Below are positions 1 to 9,669 of a stretch of 59,785 bases of DNA, in pieces. This DNA is from Planctomycetota bacterium. Its GTDB lineage: Bacteria > Planctomycetota > Phycisphaerae > Sedimentisphaerales > Anaerobacaceae. Within the stretch, counting starts at the first letter, position 1, and every line of letters starts with the position of its first letter. Location: positions 1 to 59,785 of the forward strand of contig JAGLNB010000002.1 of NCBI GenBank assembly GCA_023139715.1. The letters are read 5' to 3'. The notes below the pieces were generated by a model. It ran no database searches, had not been told where the DNA came from, and saw only the letters and a program-made list of their open reading frames with translations. Position numbers and translations under genes: made by a program.

Positions 1-25
1 AGCCCGCACTTACGGGAATGAATGT
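1..25. repeat. 25-bp direct terminal repeat (left copy); overlap of a circular or terminally redundant genome
   Basis: agcccgcacttacgggaatgaatgt is identical to 59761-59785; the head operon continues across the junction. Confidence 0.9.
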
Positions 26-867
26 TATTTGCCTCCACATATGAAGGCATCTGCCGATTTTATGAAATCTGATATTAGCACATCTTCGTCATTGTCTTTG
101 CTCAGTGCCAAATCAATTGCACCAATAAACTTCTGTACCGCCGGATTTGGCTTTTTCTCACTATCATCGCCCTGCTCTTCCTTCTCAGCTTTCAACTTAT
201 CTTCACGCTCCTTTTTCTTGTCTTCTGCTGACATTTCACCCTTAGTATATGGACAATCGTCACCAGTACATGCAGATTTTAACACCTGGAAAAAACTACC
301 CTTAGCGCTGGGTACATCGACTATAGAGGTTTCTAACCATGATTTGACAATGATTGTACCGGTGTCCGTGATTGACTTGGCCTTCCCACCAATTGAAAAA
401 CCCTTGAACATCCCCTCATCAATCATACCACGAAGCCATTCGAGTTTAGGTGATTTGCTTATTCTAACCACTAAGAACGGCTTAGTACCAAAACTAGTCT
501 CCCACACCTTACCAGCAGAATCCACAAACTTCTCGACGACAACGCCGACAGCGCCTTTCCACTGTGGAGCTTTATCGTGTAATAGTTTAACAACAGGATT
601 CTCCATGTATGTTTTATACACGGTTTTAAGAGAGTCCATGTCCATGTTTTGGGCATCTTCGTCCTCATTACCATTTGATGCATAACCTGCTAGGTATAGG
701 TGCCCGCCTTTATCTCCGACTTTCTCGAAGGTCATGTCATAATGCCAGTCGTTATCAGTCATCTTTTCCACTTTCCTTTTTATTTCTGCGCAGTATGCCT
801 CTGGATCGTCCTTGTCTTGATTCTTTGAAACACACTCTTTGAAATTTTTATAATCTGCAAATGGCAT
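25..867 (-). CDS. prohead serine protease (HK97-type)
   Basis: His and Ser motif regions LLHDKAPQWKGAVGVV and MFKGFSIGGKA; charged C-terminal tail; lies between the Mu F-like gene and scaffold/MCP; SD GGTGAGGA. Confidence 0.8.
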   Translation of the reverse strand: MPFADYKNFKECVSKNQDKDDPEAYCAEIKRKVEKMTDNDWHYDMTFEKVGDKGGHLYLAGYASNGNEDEDAQNMDMDSLKTVYKTYMENPVVKLLHDKAPQWKGAVGVVVEKFVDSAGKVWETSFGTKPFLVVRISKSPKLEWLRGMIDEGMFKGFSIGGKAKSITDTGTIIVKSWLETSIVDVPSAKGSFFQVLKSACTGDDCPYTKGEMSAEDKKKEREDKLKAEKEEQGDDSEKKPNPAVQKFIGAIDLALSKDNDEDVLISDFIKSADAFICGGK

Positions 868-878
868 TTAAATCATCC

Positions 879-1538
879 TCACCTAGCATACTTCAAACCA
901 CCTTTGGTTGTGTATTCTGGTAATTCGAATAATGGGATTTCCCAACAACGATCATTAGGCCTGATGTGTGGGATCATGTACCTTTCACCAGTCTTAGGAT
1001 CAACATACGGCTCATCAATAGCAGCAATCTGACCATTCATGCGCTTGCTATCATCAGCAGTTTTCTTGTCAAAGTGTGCTTTCCACTGTCGGTATTTTGC
1101 GCCGCCTTCCTGCCAGCCATCACGCCTACCTTCCTTGGTTGCAACCAATACCTGATCACGAACCAACCGCTCTAGTTCCCATTCCTTGAATGAAACATCG
1201 AATAGTCCTTTTACTCGGCTTTCAATCTGGCTCAGTGCCTCACCTTCAGACATCCCGGACTTAATGGCTGCGTCCATCTCTTGATATAATTTATCAGCGT
1301 TGAATGCTAAATCGCCTTTTGCTCTAGCAACTGTACTCTCTGATAGTGCCTGAGTGCGAAGTCCAATTGATGCCAGGGCGTCTATGTCTGGTTCTGGTGG
1401 AGTATCCATTTTGGTGTCTGCTGCACCAGTGGCAAGTCCTAGTGAATATGCTGTTATGGCAGCGGATTCCAGCAGTTGACTTAATTTAGTTCCTGTGATT
1501 TTATTAAGGAGTGCACGTAGACTATCAAGTAGTGTCAT
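879..1538 (-). CDS. minor head protein (SPP1 gp7 / Mu F-like)
   Basis: C-terminal pattern YRQWKAHFDKKT..MIPHIRPNDRCWE; immediately downstream of the portal gene. Confidence 0.7.
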   Translation of the reverse strand: MTLLDSLRALLNKITGTKLSQLLESAAITAYSLGLATGAADTKMDTPPEPDIDALASIGLRTQALSESTVARAKGDLAFNADKLYQEMDAAIKSGMSEGEALSQIESRVKGLFDVSFKEWELERLVRDQVLVATKEGRRDGWQEGGAKYRQWKAHFDKKTADDSKRMNGQIAAIDEPYVDPKTGERYMIPHIRPNDRCWEIPLFELPEYTTKGGLKYAR

Positions 1539-3108
1539 ATAATCGATCTACCTCCTTCTTTGCCTGTTCCTGGAGTTCAGCCAGCCATTCCATGACTTCA
1601 TCCATGGTTTTATCTTCCAGTTTTGTTGTCTTGATGGGTTTCTTCATGCCGTCGTAGGCTGGTGGTTTTGGTACGAATCCTGGTGTGCCAGAGAGTGCGC
1701 CTACTCTTGCGGCTTTATCAGTGATGTCGACATCATCAAACTGGCTTTCCCAACCCATCTCATCATCTTCATCTTGGTCCAAGTCTTCATCCGGTGACTC
1801 TGCGTCACCACTTGGAAGGTCATACTTCTCATCTTTCCAAGCGTCTAACCCATCCCTTAACCGCAATTCATTCACAGAATCCAGGCCTGCGCCAAGTCTA
1901 GCGATATCTATATCAGTCTGGACATTCTTATCTGCCAAATCAAGCTCATTCCTGAACTCAAACTTAACATCATCAGTGAAATCTGACCATACCACATGCC
2001 TATTAAACATGTCTTCGATGAGTTTCAGCCAGGGTCTAATACCAGCAGACTTGTGTATTTCCATCTGCTGGATGCCAGTAGCTTTATTTAAATCTTCGGT
2101 GAAACCGAGTTCGGATGGCGTTAATTCAAATACTGCAAATACCATCTTAGCAAACCATTTCTGTGAATCTATAAACTGCATCTGTTGAGAAGTAAAAGGC
2201 ATAGACTGAACTTTTGCACCGCCGCCGGTAACTATCCACTTATTGTATTTTCGTGGACCCCGAAGTTTAGCCTCGAAATATGCCTGTTGTCGTTTCAACT
2301 CGTCCAGGTCCCTCACGTCTGGAAGGTCAATCTGACCGCCTACAAACAGCCCGTTTTTCCAATACTTCGACTGTGCCAAGGTGGAATCGATCATGTAATC
2401 TATGATCTCTTCGATGATTTCCAAGGCGGCTATACCGTAAGGTCCACGGCTCATCGGTGATTTTTGGAAGTATATTATCTCATCAGGACTGAACTCTATC
2501 GGCTTACCCTGCGGATTAATCCATGAATACTGCCAGTATGTCTTAACCTGGCCGAACAGGTTCGTATCCATCATGAAACTGCGGCCATCTCTAGCGTATA
2601 ATTGTAATGGCGGGAGCTGTGTGCTCTTTAATCTCCAGTTTTCTTTTTCGTATGCAATAACTGGATATGATTTCAAGATTACCCCTGCGTCGTACTGGAT
2701 TGCATCAGGCAACAGCATCCTAATAACATGTGACAGTGGTTTATCCCAGGTCATAGAATTGAAAAACTCTTTTGGTTTGTCGATGTGATCCTTTGGGACG
2801 TCGGCACCTTTTTCCATTGGTACGATATTCCAGTCTGCACCTGCGATCCGGTCAACTATATGCTGGACACACATACGGACCCATACTGACTTTTCTATAG
2901 CTTCGAGTCTGTCATAGTCAATGTCTCTGGGTCTGCCATAAGGTGGTGCCAGCCAAAATGCGTCTGTGTATACACCTTTGCGCTTGATGCCGTCCTCGTC
3001 TCCGCTATCCCACCAGGCACCACCTGCGGTTTGCATGGAATCGAAACGGTACATGTTGATACCCATTGCACCGCTTGCTTTCTGGAGTATCTTTTCACGG
3101 AAGTTCAT
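1525..3108 (-). CDS. portal protein
   Basis: Large ORF right after TerL with typical portal size and position; start moved to ATG 3108 (SD GAGGTGGTGA, ATGA overlap with the upstream small ORF); the track ORF extends to 3150. Confidence 0.8.
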   Translation of the reverse strand: MNFREKILQKASGAMGINMYRFDSMQTAGGAWWDSGDEDGIKRKGVYTDAFWLAPPYGRPRDIDYDRLEAIEKSVWVRMCVQHIVDRIAGADWNIVPMEKGADVPKDHIDKPKEFFNSMTWDKPLSHVIRMLLPDAIQYDAGVILKSYPVIAYEKENWRLKSTQLPPLQLYARDGRSFMMDTNLFGQVKTYWQYSWINPQGKPIEFSPDEIIYFQKSPMSRGPYGIAALEIIEEIIDYMIDSTLAQSKYWKNGLFVGGQIDLPDVRDLDELKRQQAYFEAKLRGPRKYNKWIVTGGGAKVQSMPFTSQQMQFIDSQKWFAKMVFAVFELTPSELGFTEDLNKATGIQQMEIHKSAGIRPWLKLIEDMFNRHVVWSDFTDDVKFEFRNELDLADKNVQTDIDIARLGAGLDSVNELRLRDGLDAWKDEKYDLPSGDAESPDEDLDQDEDDEMGWESQFDDVDITDKAARVGALSGTPGFVPKPPAYDGMKKPIKTTKLEDKTMDEVMEWLAELQEQAKKEVDRLYDTT

Positions 3109-3257
3109 GTCACCACCTCGATCATAATAGGTTGCTGAGTATTTGGACAAATAGCATAATATTTATAATTGTCAACAGGATTAAACAACACATTAACTGT
3201 AAGATCCTCGTGTCTGCCATTACAACACACACACTTAGGTATTGTAACTGATTTCAT
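3105..3257 (-). CDS. small Cys-rich protein (50 aa) between TerL and portal
   Basis: MKSVTIPKCVCCNGRHEDLTVNVLFNPVDNYKYYAICPNTQQPIMIEVVT; ATGA overlaps with the TerL stop and the portal start; below the ORF-track size cutoff. Confidence 0.6.
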   Translation of the reverse strand: MKSVTIPKCVCCNGRHEDLTVNVLFNPVDNYKYYAICPNTQQPIMIEVVT

Positions 3258-4888
3258 GCTGGCACCTCATTACTCCAAAATGTAGCCGGCATGACTTGAA
3301 TGTGTTTACCACACACATCACAAATCCCGTTCTTCATAGGCCTCTTACCTGATGCCATGCCATATTCTTCTCCACATTCACAAAACACATAACTATAATC
3401 ATCATCATCCCTTGGTGTTTCCAATGGCGAATCTGAATCAATCAATCCAACGGTGCTAATACTACCCAGTGCCAGCCTAGTAATCGCAATTGCCACAGCA
3501 TCAAGCATATCGTCATGTTCTGCAAACGGGAACTGAGCCCATTGCTGCCTGAATTCTGGAATTCCTAGTATTTCGGTTTTGCGTAAAAGTACACTACCAT
3601 TCTCAAAATGTGGCGCAATTGACAGCATCTTGGTAATCTTATCTTTGACTGTGAGCACACCAACAGCAGGAATCCATGTGCTGTCTGCTATATGCTGCGC
3701 CATGGCTGCCTGATATACATTATTTTCAATGAGTACTTCAACGGCCCGCATCCCTGCACCAGCCCACTCTTCATATGCGGTACAAATCTTATCGTATGCT
3801 GTCGGGAAATCCCATTTACCATGCCGTATTTCTATTAGGTGAACTTTTCGCTTATTTGCTTGATATCCCACCAGCGCAATACAAGTTTCATCGGCGTGTT
3901 CTTTCTCGCTTATTGCAAGATCAACACCTATGTAATAAGTTAAATCTTCAGGCAGGTCATTCCAATTATAATATTGTAACCAATCAACATTCAAATACTG
4001 CCCTTTCATACCGGACGGATCGTTCTGCTTTTCCCGGTCAAACATAATCGAACCGGCCTGCTGTCTGTCAATGAGTAGCTTCTTGATATCCCACACTTCT
4101 GGCCAGAGTACTACTGAATCACCTGTTACTTGGACATCTGATATTACTTCATTACCATCTGAATCAGTCTCAAATACATACTCGTAAGATTCAGGCCAAT
4201 CAATAATAGCCCGATCTATAGACCGGTGCCAAAGTGCATTATCTATGAGTTGCTGGTATAGGTCAGCATAATGCTTCCTAGTACCAATCACAAACATCTG
4301 TGTGGTGGGTTCTACCAGCTGGCCGATGGTCCCATAAAACCAGTTATCCATAGATTCCATGCGGCCTTCAGTCTTGGTATTCTCATCATCAAGCATGTCG
4401 TCTACTATGATTATATCAAAGTGCCCGCCGGTGATTGCACCTAGTGCGCCGACAGCTTCAACCGTGGGATCCTTGAGTTTACGCCCGACGTCATCCCTCT
4501 TGCACCAGATGGCACCACCATCACTTTTGCCCTCTAATAGTTCGCCGAAATCTTGTTTAATAAGTGGATTATTTCGCAGTTCTGCCCTGATTGTACCTAA
4601 TAGTTTGTTTGCCTGGCCTGATGTTTTGCTGACCATTAATACTCTAACATTCGGGATATTGCATATTGCCCATACAGGGAATAAATGGCAGAAAATTGTT
4701 GTTTTCCCATGATCTCTAGGACTAAGTTGCAAATGCCGATCACGACTGGTGTAATTTAACCACCGTATTTGATGAGTTGGCATGTTCAACCCTAGATAAT
4801 GTTTCCCAAAAAAAGCTTTACTGTATCTTGCAATGGCTTTAGGTGGTAGGTTCGCTAACTTCTTTTTGTCCGTGTCACTCAATAGCAT
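3254..4888 (-). CDS. terL: terminase large subunit
   Basis: Walker A SPRDHGKTT, Walker B DIIIVDDMLDDE, nuclease half GVDLAISEKEHADETCI; extra C-terminal CxC..CxxC tail. Confidence 0.9.
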   Translation of the reverse strand: MLLSDTDKKKLANLPPKAIARYSKAFFGKHYLGLNMPTHQIRWLNYTSRDRHLQLSPRDHGKTTIFCHLFPVWAICNIPNVRVLMVSKTSGQANKLLGTIRAELRNNPLIKQDFGELLEGKSDGGAIWCKRDDVGRKLKDPTVEAVGALGAITGGHFDIIIVDDMLDDENTKTEGRMESMDNWFYGTIGQLVEPTTQMFVIGTRKHYADLYQQLIDNALWHRSIDRAIIDWPESYEYVFETDSDGNEVISDVQVTGDSVVLWPEVWDIKKLLIDRQQAGSIMFDREKQNDPSGMKGQYLNVDWLQYYNWNDLPEDLTYYIGVDLAISEKEHADETCIALVGYQANKRKVHLIEIRHGKWDFPTAYDKICTAYEEWAGAGMRAVEVLIENNVYQAAMAQHIADSTWIPAVGVLTVKDKITKMLSIAPHFENGSVLLRKTEILGIPEFRQQWAQFPFAEHDDMLDAVAIAITRLALGSISTVGLIDSDSPLETPRDDDDYSYVFCECGEEYGMASGKRPMKNGICDVCGKHIQVMPATFWSNEVPA

Positions 4889-5032
4889 TGCAACCTCGAA
4901 GTTGAATATATTCTACAATTGTATAATAAATAGAAAATAATTGTACTTGTCGATATTTATACTTTGTTAATATTGTACAAATGTAAAAGGCTTTTATAGT
5001 TTTGGGTTATAGTAGTTTAAAGGTGAATTGAA
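4889..5032. promoter_or_regulatory. divergent AT-rich promoter/operator region
   Basis: Lies between the leftward TerL operon and the rightward 5033 block; three ATTGTA(C/T) repeats (about 4918, 4941, 4973) and TATA-like runs. Confidence 0.5.
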
Positions 5033-5563
5033 ATGAGTAAAAACACAACAGAATCAGACAACGAATACTTAAAATATAAAGTAGACACCCTTGAAACACA
5101 GGCAAAACACCTAATTGGAAAAAATGAATGGTTAAATTCCAAGTTGCAGACCAACCAACGTGAATACATACACCGGACTATAAACAAAGATGCAATATTG
5201 CAACCAGATCCGAATCCAAAACTACTACAAAATGCAAGGTGTTTGCAACTTTCTAATATATATAATGAGGCGCTGAATATCCAAGATACATATCCGTGTT
5301 CATCTTACATGGCTGTGATTTCCGACCACATATACAGGATGATAAACAAAAAAGACAATTTGAAGGAAATTGCAGAGACAATGCCATCTTGTAGAATTAA
5401 TCCTAACGAGTGGTTAATGATTAAGAAGCAAGACTACAATGATTTAAAACTTCATATGGATCAACTACCGAAGGAACGCGCCTGTGTTCAGATGAATGTT
5501 GAAAAAAGAAGTATGCAACGTATTATTGAAAATTGCTTCCATAAACAAGGAGATATTGAATGA
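5033..5563 (+). CDS. hypothetical protein
   Basis: SD AAAGGTGA upstream; first gene of the plus-strand block. Confidence 0.7.
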   Translation: MSKNTTESDNEYLKYKVDTLETQAKHLIGKNEWLNSKLQTNQREYIHRTINKDAILQPDPNPKLLQNARCLQLSNIYNEALNIQDTYPCSSYMAVISDHIYRMINKKDNLKEIAETMPSCRINPNEWLMIKKQDYNDLKLHMDQLPKERACVQMNVEKRSMQRIIENCFHKQGDIE

Positions 5564-5754
5564 CCACACAAATATACGAAACTAAATATGAAACATTGCA
5601 TATCTATGGTTTCCCCTCAGATATTGTTCCTGCAATCAATAAGTACAACCGTGAACATCCTGGACCAAAAGGAGATGCCATCAACATCACTCAAATATGT
5701 CCAAAACATTCAAACAAGACGCTCAAGTCTACAAGGAATGATTTTAATGAATAA
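5560..5754 (+). CDS. hypothetical protein
   Basis: ATGA overlap with the upstream gene. Confidence 0.6.
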   Translation: MTTQIYETKYETLHIYGFPSDIVPAINKYNREHPGPKGDAINITQICPKHSNKTLKSTRNDFNE

Positions 5755-6031
5755 TCCAATAAACGAAACTAAATATACCCGCCACCCCATCCCAAACAGC
5801 AAGCAAGCAGTATTCACATCGAAGCTGTCCGGCGCAGGCCAGGGCGTTGTCCCAGCATCAGTCAGGAATGGCAGGGATACAGATACCGACTTCAAACTAG
5901 TTCCAGGTTGCAAGGTTGAACTGCAGATCAAGGCGGTTTGGTATGAGGTAATTGTCTGTATCAAGTGCGGTGCTGATATTGTGCTGGATGGGCAAGGACA
6001 TAAGCATGTGTGTAAGGAGGAAGTGAAATGA
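5738..6031 (+). CDS. hypothetical protein with C-terminal Cys/His cluster
   Basis: In-frame ATG at 5738 of track ORF 5588..6031; ends CIKCGADIVLDGQGHKHVC; ATGA overlap with the next gene. Confidence 0.55.
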   Translation: MILMNNPINETKYTRHPIPNSKQAVFTSKLSGAGQGVVPASVRNGRDTDTDFKLVPGCKVELQIKAVWYEVIVCIKCGADIVLDGQGHKHVCKEEVK

Positions 6032-7086
6032 TAAGATTCATAGATTTGAGTGGACAAGACACAGGATATAAGTTCGCATTCTGGAGCACAGTATCAGATT
6101 CGTTTTTTAAGATTGCAGGAGTTCAGGCGTGGAACACATATCAAGAGTTTGAAAAGGACTGTAATAGTGACAATATGAGACTCGATTACAAGGATGTGTG
6201 TCCTAAATGGGTATTTGAAACTAAACCACACCAAGAACATATTTATGATAATATAAAAAAAACATCACGTTCTTTTGAAATATCAAAAACAGACAAACGA
6301 TGGATAACAACTAGTCCAATTGAGATAACACCGCTTCATGGCACAAGACCAATGCATCCTGCGCTATCGAAGAAGCTATACTATCAGAACGCAATTAAAT
6401 ATACATCCAAATGTAAAATACCTTCAGTTCCAACGGGTGTTTTACTTAGCCGTTTTAGACCAGCACATGCAGACATCACTGTCGCAATAACTACCATCAA
6501 TAAATACACAATAGTCGAACTAACCCACAACAACAAGCACTATCATGGCTTGGCGTCCCGGGCAGACTGCGATAAAGAGAATGCTGTTACCGGGATTGCC
6601 GTCGCATACCACCGGGCTTTTGAGAAGATGATGCAACACCTTCAAACCAGCGTTGTAGATTACTCACCAATTCATAAAGCTAAAACCTGGAAGGAAATAT
6701 GGGCCGATAATAAATTCGACACCAGCACATACCGCGAATGTATTGACAAGCACTTGAAAGACGCAGTTGATAAACAAAGCAAACTTGTAGATAAGGCCAT
6801 ATCTGATCTTTTGTCATGTACAGATGTTGATTTGAAACAATATGATTTGAAAACTGTACTTGGTGGAAAAGCAGCAATTAAAGAAATCTCAAAATATGGA
6901 TATAATATTTATGAACTCCAGAACATGGACTCATTGATATTAACATATGTGCTACAACGATGCGGTGTAGAAATAACACGGCGCGACATAAAACTCACAC
7001 TGCCAACAGATAGATTTGATGAAACACAAAACAATCTCAAATTACATCTAAAATCAATTGCCAAAGATCGAAGTGAATTACCATGA
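6028..7086 (+). CDS. hypothetical protein (352 aa)
   Basis: SD AAGGAGGAAGTGA; no motif recognised. Confidence 0.75.
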   Translation: MIRFIDLSGQDTGYKFAFWSTVSDSFFKIAGVQAWNTYQEFEKDCNSDNMRLDYKDVCPKWVFETKPHQEHIYDNIKKTSRSFEISKTDKRWITTSPIEITPLHGTRPMHPALSKKLYYQNAIKYTSKCKIPSVPTGVLLSRFRPAHADITVAITTINKYTIVELTHNNKHYHGLASRADCDKENAVTGIAVAYHRAFEKMMQHLQTSVVDYSPIHKAKTWKEIWADNKFDTSTYRECIDKHLKDAVDKQSKLVDKAISDLLSCTDVDLKQYDLKTVLGGKAAIKEISKYGYNIYELQNMDSLILTYVLQRCGVEITRRDIKLTLPTDRFDETQNNLKLHLKSIAKDRSELP

Positions 7087-7096
7087 GGATTATAAT

Positions 7097-7291
7097 ATGA
7101 ACATTTATGAATGTAGAAGATATAATGATGAAGATACTTTTGTTGAAGAATGGATGGGTGCATTGATAATCTGTGCCCAATCGAAAGAAGGTGCTGAAGA
7201 TATATTTACACAAGAAGAAGATGAAAACCCCAAACAAACCATTGAAATTAAGTTGAATCGTGGTATAATTTATAATGATGAAATGAGGTAA
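7097..7291 (+). CDS. hypothetical protein
   Basis: ATG 7097 preceded by GAGGA; the track ORF starts at 7058 inside the upstream gene. Confidence 0.55.
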   Translation: MNIYECRRYNDEDTFVEEWMGALIICAQSKEGAEDIFTQEEDENPKQTIEIKLNRGIIYNDEMR

Positions 7292-7297
7292 CTTAAT

Positions 7298-7660
7298 ATG
7301 AACATCTACAACCTAATCGACCAACTACACACCACCAATCCAGAATCGATACTCTACTGCTACCCAGACACAGACGACACAGCGCAGATCTTAGCCGACG
7401 AGTTCCCACAGGTCAGAATAGTCCAAACGCTGGGGCGATGGGTCCCACACGGTACAAGGATATCCATGTCTGAAGCATTGCAGAAAGAGTTTGATGTGGT
7501 GTGCCTGCCGGGCGATGTTGTCAGTGATATGTTGGGCGCCGGGATTAAATGTCTCAAGTTAAAAGGATATATTTATTCATATCTTGAAATTGTCACAAAA
7601 GGCACAGGTGTATCCAAGGGAATATGCACCGACGGGATATGGCGATATAAGAAGAAGTAG
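7298..7660 (+). CDS. hypothetical protein
   Basis: SD GAGGT; last gene of the plus block, convergent with 7663..8130. Confidence 0.7.
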   Translation: MNIYNLIDQLHTTNPESILYCYPDTDDTAQILADEFPQVRIVQTLGRWVPHGTRISMSEALQKEFDVVCLPGDVVSDMLGAGIKCLKLKGYIYSYLEIVTKGTGVSKGICTDGIWRYKKK

Positions 7661-7662
7661 AG

Positions 7663-8130
7663 TTATTTCGCTTCTCCCTCTTTTTTTGTTGCTAACCAGT
7701 TCCCGAACTCTTCTGCAAGTTTTTCATCGATGTCTATGTTCGTGACGGTGATTGGATCTACTTTGACATCTAGCTTATCGTTCATCAAGCCCATGAGCTT
7801 CAACGATGCCGTCTTATTATCCCCTATCACTTTCTGTATGCCAATATATGATTTGCGGTCCTCATCTTGGCGATACTTTTCTGCTTCACCTTCAAGTTCG
7901 GCGTGCTTTATCTCATAATATGAATTGTTGAGTTCTCGCACAACCTCGGCAGGAGTGTTTTGTAGCCCTCCGTTCGTTATGAAAAGCCTATCATTCTCCA
8001 CCTGCTTCATCGGCATGTCTAAGATTTCAGCGGTTTCCTTTGGTGTTTTGCCCTTGACAAACTCTTTCAGGACTTTATAACGACGTTCTCGCATTGCCTT
8101 GTTTTGGCCTAGGCATGTGTAATCTATCAT
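7663..8130 (-). CDS. HTH-domain protein (small terminase or regulator candidate)
   Basis: HTH-like KTPKETAEILDMPMKQVEND followed by a coiled coil; the function call is weak. Confidence 0.6.
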   Translation of the reverse strand: MIDYTCLGQNKAMRERRYKVLKEFVKGKTPKETAEILDMPMKQVENDRLFITNGGLQNTPAEVVRELNNSYYEIKHAELEGEAEKYRQDEDRKSYIGIQKVIGDNKTASLKLMGLMNDKLDVKVDPITVTNIDIDEKLAEEFGNWLATKKEGEAK

Positions 8131-8325
8131 ACGTATATTATATATGGTTGAATATATTTATGTTTTTTCATCAGTCAGTTATATTCTCAATAGTCACTTT
8201 GACACGATCACCACGCTTAAACTTCGATGAATCTACCTGAATATCCACAGTCAAATATTCATCATCTATACCCCATGTATTATTCTTTACATAGCTTGTG
8301 CTTATTTGTTGTATTTATTCACCAC

Positions 8326-8607
8326 CTAGTCAATCTTAATAATCTCTGCTAGATACATCCCTGGCGGACTACCCCTCCAATACCCATCATTATAGAATAT
8401 TATTACACGCACATCCACATTTTCAACCGATGGTATGATTGCATTAATAAAATCCATGTTGATTGTTCTGGAATTAGAATCGCTCAAACCAGATATGACA
8501 TGATAGCACAATTCACCATCAACCATACTACACAGCATGGCTTTATGTGGTGTACCAGATCGCTTGTATAGCTGTTTCTGTAGTTTCCTTGCGTCATAGA
8601 TATTCAT
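8326..8607 (-). CDS. hypothetical protein
   Basis: SD AGAGGAG; packed directly after the upstream gene. Confidence 0.7.
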   Translation of the reverse strand: MNIYDARKLQKQLYKRSGTPHKAMLCSMVDGELCYHVISGLSDSNSRTINMDFINAIIPSVENVDVRVIIFYNDGYWRGSPPGMYLAEIIKID

Positions 8608-8608
8608 A

Positions 8609-9049
8609 TTATACTCCTCTTTTTACTTTCTTTCGTGTGCGCCTACAGTCCTCACAAATAGGAGCAATATTAATTAATTCTCCAATTGTTCCAGGGATGT
8701 CTGCGCCACAATTCAAACATTTCACTGTTGTGGTTGTCGGTGTGGTCATTCTACTAGCTCGTAGGTATAGCTCGTATGTCTCTTCGAAGATGTCAGGTTT
8801 GATTGGATAAAACTCGCCCTGGATACCTTTGACAATCCAGTCGCCTTCAGTGGCAACATGCGCAACCTGTGATTTTATACCATCTTCCAAGGTTATTATT
8901 TCTGCTTCGGCTCTTGCGCCTGGGTGCCGTGCCTTGGTGATTATACCTAGACTATCACCTACAAATTCTCTGAGATCCTTCAATCCATTCAAAGTATATT
9001 CGAATCTCACTGCTTCAATTACCACCGATTTCGTTCTGTATTTTGTCAT
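8609..9049 (-). CDS. hypothetical protein with C-terminal zinc ribbon
   Basis: CLNCGAD..x..CEDC at the C-terminus; SD GAGAGGA. Confidence 0.7.
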   Translation of the reverse strand: MTKYRTKSVVIEAVRFEYTLNGLKDLREFVGDSLGIITKARHPGARAEAEIITLEDGIKSQVAHVATEGDWIVKGIQGEFYPIKPDIFEETYELYLRASRMTTPTTTTVKCLNCGADIPGTIGELINIAPICEDCRRTRKKVKRGV

Positions 9050-9076
9050 TTCAATCCTCTCTCTTTCTTAACAATA

Positions 9077-9196
9077 TCACATTGCTACCCAGATTAGGCA
9101 GGACATGAATCCCAACCCAAAACCTAGGGCAGCAAAAAGTAAATCCTTTTTAAATTCCGGTGTCATTCTTAGTGCCACTCCCATGTAGATGTTCAT
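9077..9196 (-). CDS. small hydrophobic protein (39 aa)
   Basis: MNIYMGVALRMTPEFKKDLLFAALGFGLGFMSCLIWVAM; starts 4 nt after the upstream stop; one predicted TM segment. Confidence 0.4.
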   Translation of the reverse strand: MNIYMGVALRMTPEFKKDLLFAALGFGLGFMSCLIWVAM

Positions 9197-9199
9197 AGT

Positions 9200-9439
9200 T
9201 CAAGTGGTGGTGTGTCCTGCGTACCAGTCCTCACATGCCTGCTCATTATCATCGTACTTCCAAGGTATGTCCTTAATCTCATCCAAGAATTGCAACAGTT
9301 CAATGTGTTCGGACTTGTTTGTCAGGTAGTCTTCTGAAAGTTTGCAACTGACAATCTTATCCTCGTCCATGACTACATTTGCAATTACGAAGTCGTGGTC
9401 GTCGGTGTATTCGATGTATTTGTATTCTTTGGTGTTCAT
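9200..9439 (-). CDS. hypothetical acidic protein
   Basis: ATGA overlap with the upstream gene. Confidence 0.7.
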   Translation of the reverse strand: MNTKEYKYIEYTDDHDFVIANVVMDEDKIVSCKLSEDYLTNKSEHIELLQFLDEIKDIPWKYDDNEQACEDWYAGHTTT

Positions 9440-9669
9440 TTTATAATACCTCTTAATGATGTGCGTTTTGCACCATGTTCTGGTATTTCGATTGTCTTAT
9501 CTTTGTCTTGCTGTATCCTAAACTCTTTCTTACAATGCCAGCACTTCATAGCAGTGATATATCCCGGGACGTGTTTGAGATATGTATTACAATATGGACA
9601 TTGTACTGTCCGGATTATATCTTCAGTAATATCTTCTTTGATAATATTTGTCGTCTTAATGAATGCCAT
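9436..9669 (-). CDS. zinc-ribbon protein
   Basis: CPYC..x17..CWHC. Confidence 0.7.
   Translation of the reverse strand: MAFIKTTNIIKEDITEDIIRTVQCPYCNTYLKHVPGYITAMKCWHCKKEFRIQQDKDKTIEIPEHGAKRTSLRGIIK

Noticed and set aside
29-685. Long plus-strand ORFs lying antisense to minus-strand genes (for example 29..685, 1685..2188, 10019..10801, 28029..28751, 45015..45503, 52366..52725, 59201..59710)
   Set aside because: They overlap well-supported genes on the other strand, lack SD sequences and have Ser/Leu/Cys-rich shadow-frame composition.
8170-8325. AbrB-like reading frame (..YLTVDIQVDSSKFKRGDRVKVTIENITD) in the gap between 7663..8130 and 8326..8607
   Set aside because: There is no ATG or GTG start. 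The only TTG would give a 27-aa half-domain. It may be a decayed gene, but this cannot be supported.
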